Source: Dehalococcoidia bacterium (GTDB taxonomy: Bacteria > Chloroflexota > Dehalococcoidia > Lucifugimonadales > UBA2985). From it: a DNA stretch of 64,000 bases. Positions 57,180 to 64,000 of the stretch are shown piece after piece. A program made the position numbers and the translations under genes. Under the pieces are notes generated by a model, which was not told where the DNA came from, ran no database searches, and worked only from the letters and a program-made list of their open reading frames with translations. The DNA lies in NCBI GenBank assembly GCA_034422115.1, contig DAOUJW010000020.1:41352-105351 (forward strand). Direction: 5' to 3'. Numbering within the stretch: the stretch's first letter is position 1; each line of letters opens with the position of its first letter.

Positions 57180-57934
57180 GGCAGGAACGCTCCGGGCGGA
57201 GGGCTGAGCAGAACAAAGAACTCCCGGTTTCCCTTGCTGCCGGTGATCGGCGAAGGGGTCAGGCCTCTGAAGCGATAGCCGTTGCTTACCGTCCAGGCTA
57301 TGACCCTGGCCAGAACGCGGGCGTGCACCCTTGGGTCTCTGACGACGCCTCCTTTACCGACTTCCTCGCGGCGCGCCTCGAACTGCGGCTTCACCATCGC
57401 GATGATACTCCCGTCATCCCTCAGATGCTCGGTCAAGGACGGCAGCACCCTGGTCACGGATATGAAGGACACGTCCACCGTGGCCAGGTCTACCTTCTCA
57501 GGCAAAGAAAAGGAATGGCGGGCGTTCACCCGCTCCATCACCGTCACCCTGGAGTCCTGCCGAAGGCTGTAGTCCAACTGCCCGTAGCCGACGTCCAGGG
57601 CGTAGACCCGCGCCGCGCCGCGCTTGAGGAGGCAGTCGGTAAAGCCGCCCGTGGACGCGCCCACGTCCAGGGCAACGGCCCCGTCTACGCCCAGGCCGAA
57701 CTGCTCCAGCGCCGCCACGAGCTTGACGCCGCCGCGCCCTATGTACTCAGGCCCCGTGTCCAGGCACACCACGCCCTCCGGCGGCACACGCTCCCCGGGC
57801 GCGGCGGCCGTCCGCCCGTCCACCGTGACCTGGCCCGCCATGATCAGGGCGCGCGCCCTCTCCAGGCTGTCGATAAGCCCCTGATCTATGAGTGTCTGGT
57901 CCAGGCGTCTTGTGTTGGGCCTTCTGTTCGTCAT
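57176..57934 (-). CDS. tlyA: TlyA-family rRNA methyltransferase
   Basis: RRLDQTL (S4 domain), GRGGVKL, DVGASTGGFTD, DVSFIS, KPQFE, GSKGNRE; ATG at 57934. Confidence 0.94.
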   Translation of the reverse strand: MTNRRPNTRRLDQTLIDQGLIDSLERARALIMAGQVTVDGRTAAAPGERVPPEGVVCLDTGPEYIGRGGVKLVAALEQFGLGVDGAVALDVGASTGGFTDCLLKRGAARVYALDVGYGQLDYSLRQDSRVTVMERVNARHSFSLPEKVDLATVDVSFISVTRVLPSLTEHLRDDGSIIAMVKPQFEARREEVGKGGVVRDPRVHARVLARVIAWTVSNGYRFRGLTPSPITGSKGNREFFVLLSPPPGAFLP

Positions 57935-58158
57935 CCTCGCTCTCGACGTGTGGCGCTCTCGCCTATTATGACCCTTCCGCATTGGACTTGTCACCAATGG
58001 CACGACCATAGAGGCGATATCAATGGCGCAGTGGATATTCCGGGGAGAGGCAACGCTTGCGCCAAGAGCCAGGTGCTGTACAATGGACGCGCGGCAGGAG
58101 CTGAATCCCTGACTACGAGGGCATAGCTCCCGCAACGCTATCTGTGGGTGTTAGTCCT

Positions 58159-58317
58159 TTGATAGACTTCCTCAAAAGAGTCCTGGGGTTCTTCAAGAAC
58201 ATGCGCTGGCGGGGTATGCCGTGGCATATAGCGGCTGCGCGCTGGGTTACCAATATGTCGATCAAAGCGAGAAGGCTCAGCATGTGCTGCGGAAATCACG
58301 GGGAGCCGGGCTGTTGA
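58159..58317 (+). CDS. Small Cys-rich protein ending CCGNHGEPGC (not in the ORF track)
   Basis: Open frame from GTG 58144 / TTG 58159 / ATG 58201 to TGA 58317; own promoter TTGCGC-16-TACAAT (58057-58084); downstream hairpins. Confidence 0.65.
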   Translation: MIDFLKRVLGFFKNMRWRGMPWHIAAARWVTNMSIKARRLSMCCGNHGEPGC

Positions 58318-58414
58318 AGGCCCGGACCTCCGCCGGCGTGACCGGCGCGGAACGGAGTACAGAGGGTTGAAGGTGGCCTCGGGAACGGGACGCCGTGGAG
58401 GCGGGGAAGGGAGT

Positions 58415-59680
58415 CTACATATCCTTGGTGAGGGTGGTGAGAAACTCCTTGTTGTTGTTGGTCCTCGCCAGGCGTTCCAGCACCTTCTCCGTCGCCTCCG
58501 TGGACTCCATTGAGCCGGAGGTTATCATTGCCACCATCCGGCGAAGCAGCCACACCTGCCGCAGGGTGTCCGGCTCCAGCATAAGCTCCTCGCGGCGCGT
58601 GCCGCTTCTCTGGATGTCTATGGCGGGGAAGACGCGGCGGTCCGCCAGCTTCCTCTCCAGGTGTATCTCCATGTTGCCGGTACCCTTGAACTCCTCGTAG
58701 ATGACCTCGTCCATGCGGCTGCCGGTGTCGATGAGACATGCGGCCATAATCGTCAGGCTGCCTCCCTCTTCCGTGTTGCGGGCGGCGCCGAAGAAACGCT
58801 TGGGCGGGTAGAGGGCCACGGGATCGATGCCACCGGAGAGAGTGCGGCCGCTGGTTGGCAGCGCAAGGTTGTAGGCCCTGGTGAGCCTTGTAATGCTGTC
58901 GAGCAGGATAGCCACGTGCTTGCCGGACTCCACCAGGCGCTTGGCGCGGTCCAGGGCCAGCTCCGCAACGCGGCAGTGGTCCTCGACCGGGTCGTCAAAG
59001 GTTGAGCTGAACACCTCGCCGTCGACGGAGCGCTTGACGTCCGTCACCTCCTCTGGGCGCTCACCGATCAGGGCGACCATCAGATTGATGTCAGGAGAGC
59101 TGGCAGTAATGCCCTGGGCAATGTGCTTGAGCAGGGTGGTCTTGCCCGCCTTGGGCGGGGAGACGATGAGGCCGCGCTGTCCGCGGCCAATGGGCGCCAG
59201 GAGGTCCATCAGGCGGGTGGAGAGGTTGTCCTTGCCGGTCTCCAGCTTGATCTGGTGGTCGGGGAAGATGGGCGTCAGGTTCTCGAAGTGCGGCCGGCTG
59301 CGGGCGGCGTCGGCATCCATCCCGTTGACGCCCTCGACTCGCACTAGGCCGTAGTACTTCTCGCTGTCCTTGGGGGGGCGCACCTGGCCCATCACCTGAT
59401 CGCCCGTTCTCAGGGCAAACCGCCGAATCTGGGACTGGGAGACGTACACGTCGTTGGGACTGGGCTTGAGGTTGAGCTGTCGGAGGAATCCGTAGCCGTC
59501 GTTGATTATCTCCAGGATGCCGGACGCGAGGATGTAGCCCTGCTGCTCGGCGTAGGTCTGCATCATTCGGAAAACGATCTCGCCCCTTGGCAGCGACGCG
59601 AGGCCGTTCTCCACGCCCATGTCCTTGGCCATGGTTAGAAGTTCCTGCTTGCTCTTTCCGTCCAGTTCAACTAGGTTCAT
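58415..59680 (-). CDS. rho: Transcription termination factor Rho
   Basis: [44 protein letters not shown]. Confidence 0.98.
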   Translation of the reverse strand: MNLVELDGKSKQELLTMAKDMGVENGLASLPRGEIVFRMMQTYAEQQGYILASGILEIINDGYGFLRQLNLKPSPNDVYVSQSQIRRFALRTGDQVMGQVRPPKDSEKYYGLVRVEGVNGMDADAARSRPHFENLTPIFPDHQIKLETGKDNLSTRLMDLLAPIGRGQRGLIVSPPKAGKTTLLKHIAQGITASSPDINLMVALIGERPEEVTDVKRSVDGEVFSSTFDDPVEDHCRVAELALDRAKRLVESGKHVAILLDSITRLTRAYNLALPTSGRTLSGGIDPVALYPPKRFFGAARNTEEGGSLTIMAACLIDTGSRMDEVIYEEFKGTGNMEIHLERKLADRRVFPAIDIQRSGTRREELMLEPDTLRQVWLLRRMVAMITSGSMESTEATEKVLERLARTNNNKEFLTTLTKDM

Positions 59681-59832
59681 AACTCTCTCCCAACTGGTGT
59701 CTCCCCTATGAGGGACATCTCCTTAAATGCTCTGTTATCTGTATTGGCTTGAGTCTAAAGGGGCAGCCCCGAATCACTCATGGAGTTGACGATGCTTGCA
59801 GGGGAAACGCCTTTGCCAACGAAAGCCCGGAT

Positions 59833-60492
59833 CTATACTTTGACCGCTCTCTGCCAGTCCTGGATGAACCGCTCCACGCCAACGTCCGTCAGCGGGTGGT
59901 GCATCATCTGCAGCAGTACCTTGTAGGGTATCGTAGCTATGTCCGCCCCCGCCTCGGCTGCCATTACGCAGTGCAGGGGGTGTCGGATGCTGGCGGCCAG
60001 CACCTGGGTGTCCATATCGTAGTTACCGAACATCTCCACAATGTCCCGCACCAGCTGCATCCCGTCGTGGCCTTCGTCGTCCAGCCTTCCCACGAAGGGG
60101 CTAACGAAGCTGGCCCCGGCCAGCGCGCCCAGGAGCGCCTGGTTCACCGAGAAGCACAGCGTCTGGTTAATCCTGATGTCCTCACTTGAGAGTATGCTGA
60201 TGGCCTCCAGACCCTCCAGGGTGCTGGGAATCTTGACCACCACGTTGGGCGCCCAGGTTGCTATGTCCCTGCCCTCGGCGACCATGCCGTCCACGGTGGT
60301 GCTGATGACCTCTGCCGAAATGGGCCCGTCCACAATCCCCGCAATCTCCTGTACAACTGCCCGGTAGTTGGACGCGTCGTCAATGCCCTCCTTGGCCGCC
60401 AGGGACGGGTTGGTGGTTACGCCGCGCAAGACTCCCAGTCGGTGGGCGTGGTCGATCTCTTCCAGGTTGGCCGTGTCGAGGAAAATAAGCAT
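59833..60492 (-). CDS. fsa: Transaldolase / fructose-6-phosphate aldolase
   Basis: IFLDTAN, GVTTNPSL, VVVKIP, SPFVGRLDD, ASIRHP. Confidence 0.93.
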   Translation of the reverse strand: MLIFLDTANLEEIDHAHRLGVLRGVTTNPSLAAKEGIDDASNYRAVVQEIAGIVDGPISAEVISTTVDGMVAEGRDIATWAPNVVVKIPSTLEGLEAISILSSEDIRINQTLCFSVNQALLGALAGASFVSPFVGRLDDEGHDGMQLVRDIVEMFGNYDMDTQVLAASIRHPLHCVMAAEAGADIATIPYKVLLQMMHHPLTDVGVERFIQDWQRAVKV

Positions 60493-60598
60493 GAGCGGAG
60501 CCTCCTTACTTTAGCATACAATTGGCGTATTCGTCCATACCCACGAGAGGAGAATTGCAGTATCTTTCAACCTTCAGGCTCAGCCAGGACGATACCGT

Positions 60599-62242
60599 TC
60601 ATTGCTCTCTGGTGTAGAGGGGTAGCGGATGCTGTCCGCCCTCTCTGATCACGCCCTTGGCCGTGCCCACGAACTCCCTGAAGAGGGGGTGCGCCCGGTT
60701 TGGCCTGGACAGAAACTCCGGGTGGAACTGGACGCCCACCATGAAGGGGTGCCCAACGATCTCGGATATCTCCACAAGGCTGCCGTCCGGCGACAGGCCG
60801 CTGGCTATAAGGCCGCCCTCCTGGAGCCGCTCGCGGTAGGCGTTGTTGAACTCAAACCGGTGTCTATGGCGCTCTTCAATCTCCAGCTTGCCGTAGGCCC
60901 TGGCCGCCTTGGTGCCGTCCACCAGGTTGCAGGGGTACACGCCCAGCCGCATGGTGCCTCCCATGCCTCGCACCGAAACCTGGTCAGGCATGAGGTCAAT
61001 GACGGGATGGGGAGTGTCCGGGTTGAACTCCGTTGAGTTGGCGTCGGGGGAGTTGAGGACGTGGCGGGCCATCTCCACCACCATCATCTGCATTCCCAGG
61101 CAGAGCCCCAGGTACGGGACTTTACGCTCCCGGGCGTACTGAGCCGCCTGGATCATGCCCTCCGTCCCGCGCGTGCCGAAGCCGCCGGGCACCACTATGC
61201 CGCTGGCCGAGTTCAAATACGGCTCCGCTCCGTCCCGCTCAATGTCCTCCGAGTGAACCCATGATATCTGCACGTTCCGGTTGTGGTGAAGCCCCGCGTG
61301 GCGCAGGGCCTCCCTCACCGATATGTAGGCGTCCGGGAGGTCTACGTATTTGCCCACCAGAGCTATGCTCAGGGGGTTGTCCAGCGCCTGCATGTGTTCA
61401 ACCATGTCTCGCCAGTCGGAGATGTCCATCTTTTGAGAAGTGAGCCCCAGGGAGTCGACTATCAGGTCACCCATGCCTGTGGCCTCCAGTATCAGGGGCA
61501 CTTCGTAGACGTTGGACACCGTGGGCAGCGGAATCACTCCGTGGTCCTTAACGTCGCAGAAGAGGGCTATCTTGCTCTTTATGTCCTCCGACACGGGGTG
61601 GTCGCTGCGGCAGATGATGGCGTCCGGCTGCACGCCTATGCCTCGCAGCTCTTTCACGCTGTGCTGGGTTGGCTTGGTCTTCAGCTCCCCGGTGGAGGAG
61701 ATGTAGGGGAGGAAGGTCACGTGGATGTAGAAGACGTTGTCCCGCCCCACCTCGTTGCGCATCTGGCGTATGGTCTCAAGGAAGGGGAGACCCTCGATGT
61801 CTCCAACGGTGCCGCCGACCTCCACCACAATCACGTCGGGGTCTCCGTCCGCGGCCAGGTTCTTGATTCGCTCCTTTATCTCGTTGGTGACGTGGGGCAC
61901 AGCCTGGATGGTGCCGCCGAGGAAGTCTCCGCGCCGCTCCTTGGATATGACGGAGCTGTATATCTGGCCCGCCGTGATGTTGGACAGGTAGCTTAGCTCC
62001 ACGTCTATGAACCGCTCGTAGTGGCCCAGGTCCAGGTCCGTCTCCGTTCCGTCCTCGGTAACGAACACCTCGCCGTGCTGGTAGGGGGACATGGTGCCCG
62101 GGTCCACGTTCAGGTAGGGGTCCAGCTTCTGGATGGAGACGGATATCCCTCTGCTCTTGAGAATCCGCCCAATGGAGGCGACGCTTATCCCCTTCCCCAC
62201 GGAGCTGACCACGCCGCCCGTTACGAATATGTACTTGGTCAT
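60599..62242 (-). CDS. pyrG: CTP synthase
   Basis: KYIFVTGGVVSSVGKG, DPGTMSPYQHGE, GLCLGMQ, QFHPE. Confidence 0.98.
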   Translation of the reverse strand: MTKYIFVTGGVVSSVGKGISVASIGRILKSRGISVSIQKLDPYLNVDPGTMSPYQHGEVFVTEDGTETDLDLGHYERFIDVELSYLSNITAGQIYSSVISKERRGDFLGGTIQAVPHVTNEIKERIKNLAADGDPDVIVVEVGGTVGDIEGLPFLETIRQMRNEVGRDNVFYIHVTFLPYISSTGELKTKPTQHSVKELRGIGVQPDAIICRSDHPVSEDIKSKIALFCDVKDHGVIPLPTVSNVYEVPLILEATGMGDLIVDSLGLTSQKMDISDWRDMVEHMQALDNPLSIALVGKYVDLPDAYISVREALRHAGLHHNRNVQISWVHSEDIERDGAEPYLNSASGIVVPGGFGTRGTEGMIQAAQYARERKVPYLGLCLGMQMMVVEMARHVLNSPDANSTEFNPDTPHPVIDLMPDQVSVRGMGGTMRLGVYPCNLVDGTKAARAYGKLEIEERHRHRFEFNNAYRERLQEGGLIASGLSPDGSLVEISEIVGHPFMVGVQFHPEFLSRPNRAHPLFREFVGTAKGVIREGGQHPLPLYTREQ

Positions 62243-62393
62243 CTGTGCAAACCCGGTCTTCGTTCAGGGACAGCTTCCGGCGTAGACTGATACAAGGAAG
62301 TCAGTTTTGAGGGAGTAGAGTGGGCAGCCACTTCAGTGGCTATTCTGCCGACATGCCTGCGGGAGTACTCCCGCCTATAATAATCCATCACAG

Positions 62394-62654
62394 CTAGGTG
62401 GATGCTGATTGCGTCACTTCTACAAAGAACAGGAATGTCACTGTGTAATAGACAATGAAGCTGAGCGCCAGGAGGTGCAATATCAGTCCTGTAACAGCCA
62501 TTCCGACGCCGCTTCTGTTTTTTCGGCTCCTGCGTAGTCCAAAAAATGCGAGGGGTAGTCCTACCAAGATTAGGGGTATTGAGATGTATCCGATGACGGG
62601 TATCCAGGCAAACATCATAGCTATGATGCCAAGTATCATACCCGCAATGTTCAT
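62394..62654 (-). CDS. Small membrane protein (DUF4190-like)
   Basis: AGMILGII, two/three TMs, GMAVTGLIL; AT-richer. Confidence 0.75.
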   Translation of the reverse strand: MNIAGMILGIIAMMFAWIPVIGYISIPLILVGLPLAFFGLRRSRKNRSGVGMAVTGLILHLLALSFIVYYTVTFLFFVEVTQSAST

Positions 62655-63124
62655 ATACTACGCCTCAGATTGGTTGGAATCGGGAGTATTGCCTGTACAG
62701 GCCCCCGGTGTGACTTTAGTGGCGGAAAAGCCAACTGCCCCTCACGTCCCATCAATCAAGATGATATTGGGCATAAAATGCACTTGTCAAGCGTTTTTTG
62801 ACCTGTAATGAGCCAACTCGTACACAGCCGGGCGATTTGCCGTATGCCTCTGCTTAATCGTAATACAAAAACACCGGTATTTCCTGGTTATGTTGGTAAT
62901 ACTAATGCTCCCAGGGAGCGCCATGTCATGCCCGCTCATGGTGAGCCTGTCGAACCATTTGAGCGGGCATACAAAAGCCTAGAGGCTTCCGCTCATACCC
63001 TTCGACAAGCTCAGAGCCTGCCCCGTACTTGATACGGGGGTGAGCGGGAAACAAGGTGTATCAGTAAATGTCTGTTATGTCAACAAGGAACACCAACACA
63101 TACAGAGACTAAGAAATGCGGTCT

Positions 63125-64000
63125 CTAAAGGTCTATGGCGTCAACTATGCGCTGCCCCATTTCGGTGGTTGAGAGCACGCCCCTCGCGCCCTCTTCGGCA
63201 ATGTCCGGTGTGCGATAGCCCTCGTCCAGCACCGTGTCCACCGCGGCCTCTATTGCCGAGGCTGCGTCGTGCATGCCCAGGGAGTATCGCAGCATGAGCG
63301 CGACGGTGAGGACGGTGGCAATGGGGTTGGCCTTGCCCTGGCCGGCTATGTCCGGCGCGCTGCCATGTATCGGCTCGTACAGCCCGATGGAGCGCCGCCG
63401 ACTGCTGCCCTCCTCCCTTGGCGACCCCGCGAGGCTCGCGGAGGGCAGCATGCCCAGGGAGCCGGACAGGACCGCCGCTTCGTCCGTGAGGATGTCCCCG
63501 AACATGTTCTCGGCCACCATCACGTCAAAGCGGGAGGGGTTCCGCACGAGGGCCATGGCGCAGGAGTCCACCAGCTGGTGCTCAAGCTCCACGTCCGGAT
63601 AGTTAGAGGCAAGCTCCGTTGCGATCTCCCTCCAAAGCCGGGAGCTCTCCAGGACGTTGGCCTTGTCAACGGACGTCAGTTTCTTCCGCCGCCTGCGGGC
63701 AAGCTCAAAGCTCACACGCAGCACCCGCTCTATCTCGTTCTCTGTGTAGCGGAGGGTGTCCACGCCGCGCCTGCCGCGGGCGGTCTGCCAACGCTTCTTA
63801 GGCTTGGCAAAGTAGAGGCCGCCCGTAAGCTCCCTGACCATCAGGATGTCCACGCCCTCTATGACAGACGGTTTTAGGGAGCTGGAGTTGAGCAGGGGAG
63901 GGAAGACCTTCACCGGGCGCAGGTTGGCGAAGAAACCCATAGCCTTGCGCAGGCCGAGGATAGCGTCCTCCGGGCGGTGGGGAGCCCGGGGGTCGTCCCA
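63125..64000 (-). CDS. leuB: 3-isopropylmalate dehydrogenase (5' end outside the window)
   Basis: WDDP...RPE, FANLRP, VRELTGGLYF, VDKANVL, NMFGDILTD, EPIHGSAPDIAG. Confidence 0.96.
   Translation of the reverse strand, partial: WDDPRAPHRPEDAILGLRKAMGFFANLRPVKVFPPLLNSSSLKPSVIEGVDILMVRELTGGLYFAKPKKRWQTARGRRGVDTLRYTENEIERVLRVSFELARRRRKKLTSVDKANVLESSRLWREIATELASNYPDVELEHQLVDSCAMALVRNPSRFDVMVAENMFGDILTDEAAVLSGSLGMLPSASLAGSPREEGSSRRRSIGLYEPIHGSAPDIAGQGKANPIATVLTVALMLRYSLGMHDAASAIEAAVDTVLDEGYRTPDIAEEGARGVLSTTEMGQRIVDAIDL

Noticed and set aside
58260-58414. 6S RNA, RNase P, SRP or riboswitch downstream of rho
   Set aside because: Only short motif resemblances; the region is better explained by the small ORF end and convergent terminator-like hairpins.

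Overview
GC-rich bacterial chromosome segment, most likely Chloroflexota/Dehalococcoidia (SAR202-like). This is an inference from gene content: a fused CaiB/BaiF CoA-transferase, a GuaB3-type IMPDH, der-plsY-gpsA, MoeA-PBP and a Chloroflexota-style ccm cluster. Plant-type LRR and NHL repeat proteins hint at a host-associated (e.g. sponge) lifestyle. The backbone is housekeeping: amtB-glnK, panD, pntAA/AB/B, zur-znuACB, ccm, moeA x2, acyl-CoA genes, sufBCDSU, guaB, argF, der, plsY, gpsA, M16 peptidase, mgtE, tlyA, rho, fsa/tal, pyrG and partial leuB. It is interspersed with small AT-richer accessory genes and two VapBC modules. No CRISPR array, tRNA, rRNA, integrase, transposase or reverse transcriptase was seen. 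The main discoveries, mostly invisible in the ORF track, are: (1) a thioredoxin-NHL gene whose redox motif reads C-TGA-I-G-C with a SECIS-like hairpin just downstream, i.e. a probable selenoprotein; (2) a GIY-YIG nuclease gene enclosed by inverted REP palindromes whose gene-less doublet derivatives are scattered across the window, a candidate REPtron-like system without a RAYT, accompanied by nested IS5-like MITEs and a 23-bp hairpin module that sits inside REPs; (3) two accessory genes bracketed by a duplicated 3' end of the upstream core gene; (4) an unannotated promoter-bearing small protein ending CCGNHGEPGC, and a second small basic ORF; (5) a switch-like structured 5' leader; and several operators and leaderless promoters.
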